From contig JAJRAE010000246.1 of NCBI GenBank assembly GCA_028682985.1, positions 1-28,772 of the forward strand: a stretch of 28,772 bases of DNA. The letters are read 5' to 3'. This stretch comes from Methanobacterium sp. (GTDB lineage: Archaea > Methanobacteriota > Methanobacteria > Methanobacteriales > Methanobacteriaceae). Positions 18,859-28,772 of the stretch are shown here, piece after piece. The translations under genes were made by a program, and so were the position numbers. Numbering within the stretch: position 1 is the stretch's first letter; each line of letters begins with the position of its first letter. The notes beneath the pieces were generated by a model, which was not told where the DNA came from, ran no database searches, and saw only the letters and a program-made list of their open reading frames with translations.

Positions 18859-20259
18859 TCATACTACTCCATTAAGAGTGCTGTCAAATAGCTGGAGGAA
18901 TTTGTCAGTACAGGATTCTGGTATGTAAGCGCCACAGGCCACTGAATGACCCCCTCCAAAGCCCCCTACTTTTTCAGCCACTTTTTGGATAATATTACCG
19001 AAGTGTATACCGTCGTAGGCTAAAAGTCGTGAGCAGCGTAGGGAAACCTTAACTCCATCTTTATTATCGCCCACATTTGTAAAGCCTATAATGGGTTTTC
19101 TCCAGTCACCGTTACTTAAGAGCATCCCTGTGATGGTTCCGATGACTTCACTTTTTATTCCATATCCAGTGAAGTATTGCAGGTTCTCCATTTTTATTAA
19201 GCTATCTTCCTGTTTCATCAGATCCATTTTTTGGGCTAGATACCTTCGATGTTTTCTTGTTAACTTTTCCATATCCTTAAGAGCGGAATTTCTATTACCC
19301 TTTAATACATTAAGGGCGATTTCATGCTCTTTATTACGACTGCATGCGTTTATAGCGGTTGAAAATTCACTGGCATCCCTTAAGGGAGTGTACAATTCCT
19401 CGTTTAAAAATTCATAGGCATCCCCGGAAACCAGTTGAGGAATATGCTTAACGTACCTCTGGGGAACCTCCCTAGACAACATCCTCACCAGTTCAGAGAA
19501 TATTCTCTGCTTTTCATCCATACTGAGATCATAGAGGGTTCTCTGTTTTCCATCACCAAAGGTTGGAATTTCTAGTTCCCTCAAAAGTAACAAGCATTCA
19601 TTACGGTTATTTGTAATGGGGAGTTTAACATCTCCAAAATAGGAAAGAGCAACAAAAAGTGGCCGAGTTTGTCTTCCGTAGATTGACAGATCATGGTAGC
19701 TGTGCAATTGATTGATGGAAATACTGTCATTAAGTATTTCCCGATTTAAACCCTGTAATTTACCGTTAACACTGTCCTGCATATCACCCACAGCACTTAA
19801 CACTCCCATCCAGCTTAAATCAATGAATCCAAATGTTTTAGCCAGGATATATGCCATTCCTCCTCCTGAAATTTCATAGGAGCCGTCTATACCATAATGG
19901 TTGGGGTTTAACTCCAGAAATCCCCCGTTATACTGATTAAGAGAACGCAGGGGTGGGTGATGATCCAGTATAAGAACCTGGGAGTTAGATGTTAGGAAAT
20001 TGTCCAGATTCTGTCCGGAAGCCAGGTCAGAGAAGATGGTTAACTCATTTTCCGGCTTTATTTCATCCAGCAAATCCAGGCTGATAAATTCAATTTCATG
20101 CTGAATTTCAAGTTTATCCAGAGTTGATGAGAGGATTGCACCGGCAGATAATCCGTCACAGTCGATGTGACTGTATATTTTAACATCTTCTGCATTTTTA
20201 ACCATTTCATGTGCTTTCTTAAATCCTTGCATCATGGGGGGTTTCTCTTTATCACTCAT
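18859..20259 (-). CDS. RecJ/Cdc45-like DHH-DHHA1 phosphoesterase (ssDNA exonuclease)
   Basis: Motif I HIDCDG, motif II FSDLASG, motif III LDHH, motif IV VGDMQD, DHHA1 GGGH..ACG; SD GGAG. Confidence 0.9.
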   Translation of the reverse strand: MSDKEKPPMMQGFKKAHEMVKNAEDVKIYSHIDCDGLSAGAILSSTLDKLEIQHEIEFISLDLLDEIKPENELTIFSDLASGQNLDNFLTSNSQVLILDHHPPLRSLNQYNGGFLELNPNHYGIDGSYEISGGGMAYILAKTFGFIDLSWMGVLSAVGDMQDSVNGKLQGLNREILNDSISINQLHSYHDLSIYGRQTRPLFVALSYFGDVKLPITNNRNECLLLLRELEIPTFGDGKQRTLYDLSMDEKQRIFSELVRMLSREVPQRYVKHIPQLVSGDAYEFLNEELYTPLRDASEFSTAINACSRNKEHEIALNVLKGNRNSALKDMEKLTRKHRRYLAQKMDLMKQEDSLIKMENLQYFTGYGIKSEVIGTITGMLLSNGDWRKPIIGFTNVGDNKDGVKVSLRCSRLLAYDGIHFGNIIQKVAEKVGGFGGGHSVACGAYIPESCTDKFLQLFDSTLNGVV

Positions 20260-20418
20260 GGATAAGCTCCGGGTATAAATAAGATTACATCAAAATATAA
20301 GTGATTAATCTATAGATTCAAGTCATTATTATAATTTAATAGCTTAAATAGGTTTCTAAAATTAGTAAATATTTAAATCAAGTAATAATAAAAATAGAAT
20401 AGTAAATACTAAATAAAG

Positions 20419-20694
20419 TTAAGTTTTACGGAAACCTTTGATCATGTTGCTGATCTTTATTAGTATGTCCCGTTTGGGCTGTTTTTTATCTACAACCACT
20501 CTTCCAGAGTTTTCCCACCAAGATTTGGAATAGGATTTATCATTTTCCACTTCAGGATTCAGGCCCAGTTTGGAGGCAGCCCGGGATATTTCCCTGAGTT
20601 TAGGGGAATTCACAGCATATTTCCGGGGAATCTTCCTTCCTTCCTTTTCTGTTTTCTTTAAATCGATATTGGCAGGCCATATTGTAGCTTTCAT
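20419..20694 (-). CDS. srp19: Signal recognition particle protein Srp19
   Basis: IWPANID..K...EGRKIP, AV..P...EI, Y..SWW...GRV motifs. Confidence 0.93.
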   Translation of the reverse strand: MKATIWPANIDLKKTEKEGRKIPRKYAVNSPKLREISRAASKLGLNPEVENDKSYSKSWWENSGRVVVDKKQPKRDILIKISNMIKGFRKT

Positions 20695-20763
20695 GTATTA
20701 TCCTCATAATTTTATTTTCTACTTTTGATACTCCTTCTTTATTGGTTGTATCATTTACATTCT

Positions 20764-21543
20764 TTACATTACAAACATTAATCGTTCCAGCATGGCTTTA
20801 ACCGTGTATTCCTTTGGGCTAATGGTGGGTATGTCATATTTCTCCAGGGCTTTAGCTGTTACCGGGCCTATAGCTGCTACCAGGACCTCACCACTACGGA
20901 GTGGTTCCAGTAAGTTTTCCTTATCTTCCCCTTCTACCATTTCAAAGAGGTTGCTGGCGGTTAGGGTACTGGTAAAGGTAACCGCATCCACCTCCCGGTT
21001 AATAATGCTCTTGATTAATTCATTAACTTTAACCCTGTCCTTAGGTAGGTCTGATTTGTAGGCTTCCACCAGATGAACCCGGGCTCCCTTGTCCTCTAAG
21101 CCGATGGGCAAAACATCCCGGGCAGCAAGAGTCCGGGGAAGGCCTATAACTTTATCCTTCAAATCGATTTTTTCAAACAGTTCCAACAGGCCTTCTGCAG
21201 TATAATCTGCAGGTATAAGGTCTGCCTGCATCCCATGCTCCTCCAGATATTTGGCGGTGCGTGGTCCAATAACAGCGATTTTGCATTGCCTGTTCAATCT
21301 ATCCTTCAGGTCCGGGCAGTGCTTGAATAGCGATAGTATGGCTGTAGGTGATGTGAATATCAACCAGTCCAGAGTATCCGCATTTTTACAGAGATCTTTA
21401 AGGGGCTTGGTGTTGGTGATCACCAGTTCCAGGGTGGGTGCCACCAGTACTTCGCCTCTATATTCTTCAATCATATGGACAGCTTCTTCACTCCGTTCTA
21501 GAGGACGGGTGATTGCTATCCTTTTTCCTTTAAAGTCTTTCAT
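20764..21543 (-). CDS. hemD: Uroporphyrinogen-III synthase
   Basis: [23 protein letters not shown]...A, AIGPVTA motifs; ATGA overlap with the cobA stop. Confidence 0.92.
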   Translation of the reverse strand: MKDFKGKRIAITRPLERSEEAVHMIEEYRGEVLVAPTLELVITNTKPLKDLCKNADTLDWLIFTSPTAILSLFKHCPDLKDRLNRQCKIAVIGPRTAKYLEEHGMQADLIPADYTAEGLLELFEKIDLKDKVIGLPRTLAARDVLPIGLEDKGARVHLVEAYKSDLPKDRVKVNELIKSIINREVDAVTFTSTLTASNLFEMVEGEDKENLLEPLRSGEVLVAAIGPVTAKALEKYDIPTISPKEYTVKAMLERLMFVM

Positions 21544-22244
21544 AAACGGGCCTTCTTAAATATATCCACCACAGGTCCGATAACAACCAGTGCTGGTGGT
21601 TTAATGTCTTTGGTGTGTATATCTTCCAGTGTTCCGATGATTATTCTCTGCTCAGGTAATGTTCCATTTTCAATTACACATACCGGAGTTTTAGGGTCTT
21701 TATATTTCATAATTTCCTTGGTGTTGTCCTCCAGTCTTCCTATACCCATAAGGATTATTATGGTATCTGCCTTAAAATCCCATTTCACCTGTTTTTCACT
21801 TTTTGTGGGGTCTTCATGTCCGGTTACGATTGTGAGGGAGGTTGCAACACCTCTATGAGTTACTGGGAGACCTAAGGTGGTGGGAACTCCCACAGCAGAG
21901 GTTATGCCCGGTATCACCTCAGAAGGGATGCCTTTTTCTAGAAGGGCTAGCATCTCTTCGCCTCCTCTTCCAAATACGAAGGGATCGCCTCCTTTTAATC
22001 GAACCACTGTTTCATTATTTTTTGCTTCTTCCAGTAATATCTGATTTATTTCTTCCTGGCTTTTGTAGTGTTCACCTGCTTTTTTCCCTACATAGATGAA
22101 TTTAGCCTTTTTCGCATGGTTCAGTATTTTATCATTGGCCAGACGGTCATATACCACTACATCTGCCTTTTTAAGCGCTTCAACTGCCTTTAGGGTGATG
22201 AGTTCTGGATCGCCAGGACCCGCTCCCACTAAGTATACTGTCAT
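21540..22244 (-). CDS. cobA: Uroporphyrinogen-III C-methyltransferase
   Basis: [48 protein letters not shown] motifs. Confidence 0.95.
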   Translation of the reverse strand: MTVYLVGAGPGDPELITLKAVEALKKADVVVYDRLANDKILNHAKKAKFIYVGKKAGEHYKSQEEINQILLEEAKNNETVVRLKGGDPFVFGRGGEEMLALLEKGIPSEVIPGITSAVGVPTTLGLPVTHRGVATSLTIVTGHEDPTKSEKQVKWDFKADTIIILMGIGRLEDNTKEIMKYKDPKTPVCVIENGTLPEQRIIIGTLEDIHTKDIKPPALVVIGPVVDIFKKARL

Positions 22245-22323
22245 GTAATATCCTCTCTAAATTAAATTATTTATCTTCTGTTAAAAAAAATTAAAAGAAT
22301 ATAATAAGAAAATAAGAAGTTTT

Positions 22324-22974
22324 TCAATAGTTCACCATTCCTTTGAAGAATTTCAGGCCGTCACTGGAGCCCAGTATCTCTTCAGAGGCTCTTTCAGGGT
22401 GGGGCATCACTGCACATACATTCCCCTTCTCATCGCAAACACCGGTTATGGATAGTAGTGATCCATTGGGGTTTTCGCCTTCAAATGCCAGCACTATCTG
22501 GTCCTGGTCCTCCAGTTTCTCTATCTCATCGTTGTAATAACGTCCTTCAGCGTGGGCTATGGGCATTTTTATTACTTCATTTGCCTTATACATGCTAGTA
22601 AAGGGTGTTCTGTTGGTTTTAACCTTGAGATCTGTCCATCTGCATATGAATTTAGCTTTGCTGTTGTTTGTGAATACTCCTGGGACCAGCCCGATTTCTG
22701 CCAGTATCTGGGCGCCGTTACATATTCCCAGCACTGGTTTATCTTCACCTACCGCTTCTTTTATTCCTTCAATTACCGGGGTGATGGCTGCGATTGCACC
22801 TGCTCGTAGATAGTCTCCATAAGAAAATCCTCCGGGTATGATTATCCCATCAAATGATGATAAATCTCTCTGGTTCCACCAGACATATTCTGGTTTTCCT
22901 CCGGCAAGTTCCAGGGCATGGTGCACATCCCGGTCACAGTTGCTACCTGGAAATCTGATAACCGCTATGTTCAA
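22324..22974 (-). CDS. purQ: FGAM synthase glutaminase subunit PurQ
   Basis: [18 protein letters not shown], catalytic GICNG, AHAEG, MPHPER; TTG start after a GGAGG inside the purS 3' end. Confidence 0.97.
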   Translation of the reverse strand: MNIAVIRFPGSNCDRDVHHALELAGGKPEYVWWNQRDLSSFDGIIIPGGFSYGDYLRAGAIAAITPVIEGIKEAVGEDKPVLGICNGAQILAEIGLVPGVFTNNSKAKFICRWTDLKVKTNRTPFTSMYKANEVIKMPIAHAEGRYYNDEIEKLEDQDQIVLAFEGENPNGSLLSITGVCDEKGNVCAVMPHPERASEEILGSSDGLKFFKGMVNY

Positions 22975-22976
22975 TT

Positions 22977-23228
22977 CTATTCCTCCGGATTTATTCCTAT
23001 TTCATAGTTATGAATAACCGGGTTGCAGAGTAGTCTCTGGCACATTTCATCAACCTTTTGCCGTACTAATTCTTCACCGTCTCCTTCCATGGTAAATTTT
23101 ATTATCTTAATGGTTTGAGTTTCCTCAACCTGGTACTTTAAAAGCGCCAGGGCCCTCTGGATGGTGGCTGCTTCTGGATTGAGCATTCCCTTTTTTAAAC
23201 TTATTTTGACCTCAGCATCGTATTTCAT
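22977..23228 (-). CDS. purS: FGAM synthase subunit PurS
   Basis: LK.G.LNPE..TI, LL.NPVI..Y motifs; 83 aa between purC and purQ. Confidence 0.95.
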   Translation of the reverse strand: MKYDAEVKISLKKGMLNPEAATIQRALALLKYQVEETQTIKIIKFTMEGDGEELVRQKVDEMCQRLLCNPVIHNYEIGINPEE

Positions 23229-23255
23229 TTTTTCACCTAGATAATCATATTACAT

Positions 23256-24002
23256 TTAATCTTTTATATTCCATTTTTCCTTATCTTCTTCATCCAGGAT
23301 ACGGGTTGCAACTTCCTGGTAGGCATTTATTACTCCTGATTCTCCCTTTCTGAATAAATCCTTATCCAGAACTTCACAGGTCTTCATATCCCAGAATCTG
23401 CAGGAATCAGGACTTATCTCATCTCCCAGGGTTATTTCATTTTTATAATTCCTTCCATACTCGATTTTGAAGTCGGGGAAAATTATTCCCTTTCGAGCCA
23501 GGAAATCTTTAATCACCTGATTTATCTTTAAGGTGGTTTTTTTGATGGTTTCCAGTTCTTCTCTGGTGGCAAATCCAAGTGCTAATGCTATATCATCATT
23601 TATCATGGGATCATGAAATTCATCGCTTTTATAGTCCATCTGGATAATAGGCGGGGTGAATTCCTGTTTTTCATGGAAGGGGAATTTGCGGAGCAAACTT
23701 CCAGCTGCGATATTCCTAGTGATCACCTCTAACGGTATCATTTCCAGGCGGTGGGAAAGCATCAATCCTGGCTCCAGCAATTCTATGTACTGGGTTTTTA
23801 TTCCAGATGCTTCCAAGATTTCAAAAAATTTAGCTGATATTATTGAGTTGTAATATCCCTTATTTATGAGAATGTCCTTTTTCTCACCATCTCCCGCTGT
23901 TATATCATCCCTGAATTCAACTATTACCACTTCAGGATCATCTGTTTTATAGACATCCTTGGCTTTACCTTGATAGATTAACTCCAGTTTTTGGTGGTTC
24001 AT
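23256..24002 (-). CDS. purC: SAICAR synthetase
   Basis: [51 protein letters not shown] at 24002 follows SD GGAG; the track's 24014 start lies at the SD. Confidence 0.96.
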   Translation of the reverse strand: MNHQKLELIYQGKAKDVYKTDDPEVVIVEFRDDITAGDGEKKDILINKGYYNSIISAKFFEILEASGIKTQYIELLEPGLMLSHRLEMIPLEVITRNIAAGSLLRKFPFHEKQEFTPPIIQMDYKSDEFHDPMINDDIALALGFATREELETIKKTTLKINQVIKDFLARKGIIFPDFKIEYGRNYKNEITLGDEISPDSCRFWDMKTCEVLDKDLFRKGESGVINAYQEVATRILDEEDKEKWNIKD

Positions 24003-24229
24003 GCGATACTCCAATTATTATAGATTATAGATCTAATTTTTAAAGAGCAGATCTTTATACTGTTATTTGGAATCAAAGATTTTTAAAGTATAATATTTAA
24101 TTAATCTTTATCAAATATTTATATACTTATTAATTTACAATTAGTGTTAATTGACCAAAGTTTAAATTATAAATATAAATTTTATCAGCTTAATTAAAAA
24201 ATTTAGATTCATATATATGGTGAAATATT

Positions 24230-26008
24230 ATGTGTGGGATTGTAGGATGTATACTTAAAGATAAAGAAGCCGCACCAGTATTGCTGGAATGCGTTGGAAA
24301 ATTAGAATACCGAGGTTATGATTCGGTGGGTATAGCCACCTCAGCCAGTGAAATCAGAATACAAAAGGATCAGGGTAAGATAGATGCATTTACCGAAAAT
24401 CTGGACATGAAGGAACTGCCTGGGAAACTAGGCATAGCCCATGTGAGATGGGCCACCCATGGATTACCCACCAAAATTAATGCACACCCCCATACAGACT
24501 GCCAAAAAAGAATTGCAGTGGTACATAATGGTATAATAGAAAATTTCAAGGAATTGAGAACCGAACTCATTAATTCCGGTCATAAATTCAGCTCAGATAC
24601 TGATACTGAAATAATTCCCCACTTAATCGAGAAATACATGGATGAAGGATTGGATTTAGAAGAAGCAGTCCGTTCGGCGGTCCGAGATATCAGAGGATCT
24701 TATGCGCTGGCCATCATGTGCCGGGATGAACCAGGTAAAATCATAGGGGTCAGGAAAGAAAGCCCTCTGATCGTTGGTAAAGGTGAAGATGAATATTTCC
24801 TGGCATCCGACGTACCAGCAGTTTTAAATCACACCAATCAGGTGATCTACCTCGATAATCGAGAGATGGTTATTCTGGACGGTGAGGAAATAATCATAAA
24901 AGATCTGGACGGAAAAATTTTAACTAAAGAAGTTCACACCATTGAATGGACCCCTGACATGGCTGAAAAACAGGGATATGAACATTTCATGATTAAAGAG
25001 ATACATGAACAACCAGATGCAGTAAAAAACACCCTCAGGGAAGAGGAAGATATAAGGAACATGGTGAGGGATTTCCCTGAATTTAAGAAAATATGCTTCG
25101 TGGCCTGCGGAACATCATACCATGCTTCACTGGTTGGTAAATATTTATTTGAAACACTGGTGGGCTTACCCACAGATATAATACTGGCATCTGAGTTCGA
25201 ATACTCTGGAGGGGCCCTGGATAAGGATACTCTGGTGATATTAATAACCCAGTCTGGTGAAACAGCGGACACGCTTAAAGCTCTGAGAATTGCCAATGAA
25301 AAAGCAGAGACCCTGGCAATCGTTAATGTTTTGGGAAGCACAGCCACCAGAGATGCTAAACATGTAATTTATACCAGAGCCGGACCTGAAATAGGTGTGG
25401 CTGCTACAAAGACCTATGTGAGTCAGTTAACCGCCATATATCTCCTGGCCATATTGATGGGTGGTAAAGAGGAACTACTGGAAACCCTACAAAAGATCCC
25501 AGATTTCATGGAGGAAGCTCTTAAAACAGAAGAGGAGATAAAAGTAATCGCCAAGAAATATAAGGATACCTATGACTTTTTCTTTATTGGCCGAGGTTTC
25601 TCATACCCCACTGCTTTGGAAGGAGCTCTAAAACTAAAAGAAATAACTTACATTCATGGTGAGGGATATGCAGCAGGGGAACTAAAACACGGGCCTCTGG
25701 CATTAATAGATGATGATGTGCCGGTGGTTGCCGTAACCCCGCCGGGCCACAGCCACAATAAAACACTGAGCAACCTGGAGGAAGTTAAAGCCAGGGGTGC
25801 CCGGGTCATAGCCCTGGGTTCTAAGGAAGATCACGTATTAAAATCTGAAGCAGAGGATTTCATTGGATTTCCCAGTGAGATTAATGAGATGTTTTCACCC
25901 CTACCCTATGTAATTCCTATGCAGTTGTTAGCCTATTACATTAGTATTTACAGGAATATTGACCCAGACAAACCAAAAAACCTGGCAAAATGTGTTACAG
26001 TGGAGTAA
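24230..26008 (+). CDS. glmS: Glutamine-fructose-6-phosphate aminotransferase
   Basis: N-terminal [60 protein letters not shown]; no intein. Confidence 0.97.
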   Translation: MCGIVGCILKDKEAAPVLLECVGKLEYRGYDSVGIATSASEIRIQKDQGKIDAFTENLDMKELPGKLGIAHVRWATHGLPTKINAHPHTDCQKRIAVVHNGIIENFKELRTELINSGHKFSSDTDTEIIPHLIEKYMDEGLDLEEAVRSAVRDIRGSYALAIMCRDEPGKIIGVRKESPLIVGKGEDEYFLASDVPAVLNHTNQVIYLDNREMVILDGEEIIIKDLDGKILTKEVHTIEWTPDMAEKQGYEHFMIKEIHEQPDAVKNTLREEEDIRNMVRDFPEFKKICFVACGTSYHASLVGKYLFETLVGLPTDIILASEFEYSGGALDKDTLVILITQSGETADTLKALRIANEKAETLAIVNVLGSTATRDAKHVIYTRAGPEIGVAATKTYVSQLTAIYLLAILMGGKEELLETLQKIPDFMEEALKTEEEIKVIAKKYKDTYDFFFIGRGFSYPTALEGALKLKEITYIHGEGYAAGELKHGPLALIDDDVPVVAVTPPGHSHNKTLSNLEEVKARGARVIALGSKEDHVLKSEAEDFIGFPSEINEMFSPLPYVIPMQLLAYYISIYRNIDPDKPKNLAKCVTVE

Positions 26009-26015
26009 AAAAACC

Positions 26016-26050
26016 CCTGATAAACTTAATCAGGTTTCTTAATTACTTTT
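26016..26050 (+). terminator. Hairpin plus T-tracts after glmS
   Basis: CCTGAT (26016-21) / ATCAGG (26029-34) stem, 7-nt loop, followed by TTTCTT and a T5 run. Confidence 0.5.
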
Positions 26051-26197
26051 TCTAATTAATAGCCCCAAATCAGGCACTAATATTATCTATTAAATTTGAT
26101 CAACTTTAAATATTGAAATATACTAAGACTTAATATATTAAGACATTAATTAAGGAGATTTAACCAGGTTTTCTGAATAATATTTTGGTGATCAAGA

Positions 26198-26473
26198 TTG
26201 AATCCTAAAAAAAGTGGAACGATTTTCATTGTACTGATGATTGCCTTTGTTGCTTACGGCTCTGGTTCCATAGCCGATGCCTTAAATTTAGATGGAGACG
26301 CCATAATAAATTTGATACCATCCAATCTAACCACTTTAAACCAGCAACAAATAACCCCGATAGATGATTCCAACTTTAAACCGGTATATTTAATGACACA
26401 TGTTGTTATTAACAAAACAAACACAACTAATAACTCAACTGATGATAATCAGACCAATCAAAATACTGATTAA
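26198..26473 (+). CDS. Small exported or membrane-anchored Asn/Thr-rich protein, hypothetical
   Basis: TTG 6 nt after GGTGA; basic N-terminus + hydrophobic helix; polar low-complexity C-terminus. Confidence 0.7.
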   Translation: MNPKKSGTIFIVLMIAFVAYGSGSIADALNLDGDAIINLIPSNLTTLNQQQITPIDDSNFKPVYLMTHVVINKTNTTNNSTDDNQTNQNTD

Positions 26474-26533
26474 AGAAAGATTAAAGGTACTGAAACAAAT
26501 TTCATTAAAAATAGTATTTGTACTTTTTTGAAA

Positions 26534-26541
26534 TTTATAAA
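26534..26541 (+). promoter_or_regulatory. Candidate TATA box of the XRE-cupin operon
   Basis: TTTATAAA preceded by purine-rich GAAA (BRE-like), 45 nt upstream of ATG 26586. Confidence 0.55.
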
Positions 26542-26585
26542 ATTAATAAGGTAATAATCAAAAAATTTTTTAGTTCGTGATTTAG

Positions 26586-27161
26586 ATGTCAGAGGATAAT
26601 AAAATTGGAGCAAAAATTCGCCAGGTAAGGGAAAGCAAGGAAATGTCGGCTAAAGAACTGGCGGAGGCTAGTGGAAACAGTGAAGAACTCATAGAAAGCC
26701 TGGAAGAAGGAGCATTTATCCCTTCCATGACACCGCTTTTTAAAATTGCCAGGGCTTTAGGGGTGAGACTCGGAACTTTTCTGGATGACATGCCTCAAAC
26801 AGGGCCATTTGTAGTTAAATCCGGCCAATCAGAGGAGATAATCCATTTCACAGGGAGCATCAGTAACCTGGAGGAAAGCACATTAGATCTATACTCTCTG
26901 GCCTATGGTAAAGGGGACCGACATATGGAGCCATTCATAGTAGATTTACATCCAAAGGACATAGATAAATATGAGCTCTCCACACATGAAGGTGAAGAAT
27001 TCATCTATGTCATGGAGGGACAAATTGAATTACTGTACGGCCAGGAAAACTACGTCCTTAGCACAGGTGACAGCATATACTATGATTCAGTTATCCCTCA
27101 TGAACTGCACGCCCACCAAAAAGAAGCTAAAATACTGGCAGTGATTTACGCCCCATTATAA
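26586..27161 (+). CDS. XRE-family HTH regulator with C-terminal cupin domain
   Basis: [10 protein letters not shown]...S..ELAE.SG, E.G...PS...L.KIA.ALGV; cupin [25 protein letters not shown]. Confidence 0.92.
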   Translation: MSEDNKIGAKIRQVRESKEMSAKELAEASGNSEELIESLEEGAFIPSMTPLFKIARALGVRLGTFLDDMPQTGPFVVKSGQSEEIIHFTGSISNLEESTLDLYSLAYGKGDRHMEPFIVDLHPKDIDKYELSTHEGEEFIYVMEGQIELLYGQENYVLSTGDSIYYDSVIPHELHAHQKEAKILAVIYAPL

Positions 27162-27220
27162 AATTAATTTAATTATTGAAATCTTAATTATTTTTGAAAT
27201 GACTTTGTAGAGGAAAAGAT

Positions 27221-27649
27221 ATGTTTACAATAAAGGTCACTCCTAGATTTGGAGATGCAGATGGATTAAGACATATAAATAACGTAGCTCTTGTAGAATG
27301 GTTTGAAGTAGGTAGAAATCCCATATTCAGAATATTTACCCATGATCTGGATTTAAGTCATGAAAAATGGAAATTAATACTGGTGAGAACCGAATTTGAT
27401 TACATAGGGCAGATGTACTACGGAGAGGATGTGGAGATACGCAGCTACATAACTAAGATTGGGAATACTTCATTTACCATAGGACATGAAGCCTGGCAAC
27501 ACGAAGAATTAAAAGCACGCGGAAAGGCAATTCTGGTGCACTATGACTACTTAGAAGGAAAATCAAAACCAATATCTGACTCAATACGTAAATTACTGGA
27601 AAAGCATCTGGTCAGAGAAGAAGAACTTACCGGTGAAGTAATATTTTGA
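27221..27649 (+). CDS. Acyl-CoA thioesterase, hot-dog fold (4HBT/YbgC-like)
   Basis: RFGDAD..RHINN motif, WFE.GR, KIGNTSF. Confidence 0.9.
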   Translation: MFTIKVTPRFGDADGLRHINNVALVEWFEVGRNPIFRIFTHDLDLSHEKWKLILVRTEFDYIGQMYYGEDVEIRSYITKIGNTSFTIGHEAWQHEELKARGKAILVHYDYLEGKSKPISDSIRKLLEKHLVREEELTGEVIF

Positions 27650-27727
27650 AGTAGCGGAACTTTATTATTAAAGAAAATAAATGAATTGCTGTTATTGATT
27701 ATAATAATGGGTTAAGAGGTTAGAAAA

Positions 27728-28772
27728 ATGGTCTTTACTGAGGATACTTTAGGTGATTTTCTTGAGCAGGTGGTTGAAAAAGATCCTAAGCAGGAATTCA
27801 TGGTATACCCCGACCGAGATCTACGCTTCACCTACCGGGAATTTGATGATAGAGTTAACCTTATGGCGAAAGGTCTAATGGAAATAGGGATAAAGAAAGG
27901 GGATCATGTAGGTATATGGGCTAAAAACGTCCCGGACTGGCTCACTTTCATGTTTGCCACTGCCAAAATTGGAGTGGTACTGGTTACTGTTAACACAGCT
28001 TATAAAAGCCATGAACTAGACTATGTACTTAAACAGTCAGATATGAAGGCACTGGCAATAATAGACGGATTTAGAGATGTTGATTACATTCAAACTGTTT
28101 ATGAACTTGTTCCTGAATTGAAAACCAGGGAACGGGGAAATTTAAAAAGTGAAGAATTCCCATTCCTAGATAGTGTTATCTATCTGGGCCAAGAAAAACA
28201 CCGGGGGATGTACAATACCAATGAAATCCTCTTACTTGGAGAACATGCAGATGAGGATGAATTTCTAAAGATCAAGGCCTCAGTTCGTAACACTGAAGTG
28301 GTTAACATGCAGTACACCTCAGGAACCACCGGATTCCCCAAAGGCGTCATGCTTACCCATAGAAATATATTAAATAACGGATATTATATAGGGGAGCGAC
28401 AAAAATTCACAGAAAAAGACAGGTTATGCATTACAGTTCCTCTCTTCCATTGTTTCGGCATTGTACTGGCAGTTATGGCAACATATAGCCACGGGGCCAC
28501 TATGGTAATGGTGGAAGTCTTTGATCCCCTAATGGTTCTGGCCGCTGTTCAAAAAGAGCGCTGTACAGCACTTTATGGAGTGCCGACCATGTTCATCGCA
28601 GAATACAGTCACCCCATGTTTGAAATGTTCGACCTTTCCAGTTTAAGAACAGGTATAATGGCTGGATCCACCCCTCCCATTGAGGCCATGAAAAAAGTAG
28701 TTAAGGACATGCACATGACAGAGATAACCAGTGTATACGGCCTGACTGAAGGTTCACCAGGATTCACCCAGA
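27728..28772 (+). CDS. AMP-forming acyl-CoA synthetase (ANL family), truncated by the window end; not in the ORF track
   Basis: Hand translation from ATG 27728 (SD GAGGT): [14 protein letters not shown]...[14 protein letters not shown]...[12 protein letters not shown]-loop [11 protein letters not shown] at 28313-28345; PLFHCFG; ends in ...YGLTEGSPG. Confidence 0.92.
   Translation, partial: MVFTEDTLGDFLEQVVEKDPKQEFMVYPDRDLRFTYREFDDRVNLMAKGLMEIGIKKGDHVGIWAKNVPDWLTFMFATAKIGVVLVTVNTAYKSHELDYVLKQSDMKALAIIDGFRDVDYIQTVYELVPELKTRERGNLKSEEFPFLDSVIYLGQEKHRGMYNTNEILLLGEHADEDEFLKIKASVRNTEVVNMQYTSGTTGFPKGVMLTHRNILNNGYYIGERQKFTEKDRLCITVPLFHCFGIVLAVMATYSHGATMVMVEVFDPLMVLAAVQKERCTALYGVPTMFIAEYSHPMFEMFDLSSLRTGIMAGSTPPIEAMKKVVKDMHMTEITSVYGLTEGSPGFTQ

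Noticed and set aside
20515-20545. Srp19 reads YSKSWW where YP.SWW is more usual
   Set aside because: Single substitution in an otherwise intact gene; cannot tell natural variation from sequencing error.
20764-24002. Idea that purC-purS-purQ and cobA-hemD form one operon coupling AIR supply to cobamide synthesis
   Set aside because: The 79-nt purQ-cobA gap has a T8 tract on the coding strand and an AT-rich promoter-like stretch, so separate transcripts are at least as likely.
24015-26008. glmS ribozyme or GlmS intein
   Set aside because: Upstream region is AT-rich promoter sequence with no ribozyme core; the 592-aa protein is normal length with no intein motifs.

Overview
AT-rich archaeal core chromosome, most consistent with a Methanobacterium-like methanogen (Methanobacteriales). 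Evidence for this: a split family-B DNA polymerase small subunit next to rps8e, mtxX, hypE, arfC, pantoate kinase, and GGTGA/GGAGG Shine-Dalgarno sites. I support about 39 CDS. In order: the tail of the exosome/proteasome superoperon (Brix-like, pcc1, pfdB, DUF3194-like); a HisA/HisF-related barrel and a PfkB kinase; a minus-strand block (small membrane protein, wHTH-AAA+ ATPase, HAD, polB2, rps8e); hypE; tetrapyrrole genes (cbiC, hemL, cobA, hemD); mtxX-uppS-tatD; arfC; PoK; a RecJ/Cdc45-like DHH protein; srp19; purC-purS-purQ; glmS; and an XRE-cupin/thioesterase/acyl-CoA ligase module cut by the window edge. I found no tRNA, rRNA, CRISPR array, transposase, integrase or obvious frameshift, and no clearly new multi-gene system. 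The best leads are single loci: (1) the PfkB kinase has the residue pattern of myo-inositol 3-kinases; (2) an uncharacterised wHTH + AAA+ + ferredoxin-like ATPase; (3) a DUF5654-like 87-aa protein that hand-aligns to MscL TM1/TM2; (4) a Zn-ribbon/coiled-coil/tail-anchor protein; (5) a 53-aa membrane ORF absent from the ORF track; (6) a strand-asymmetric hairpin upstream of rps8e; (7) a possible ATC start for pantoate kinase. All family calls come from motif recognition and memory; no database search was run.
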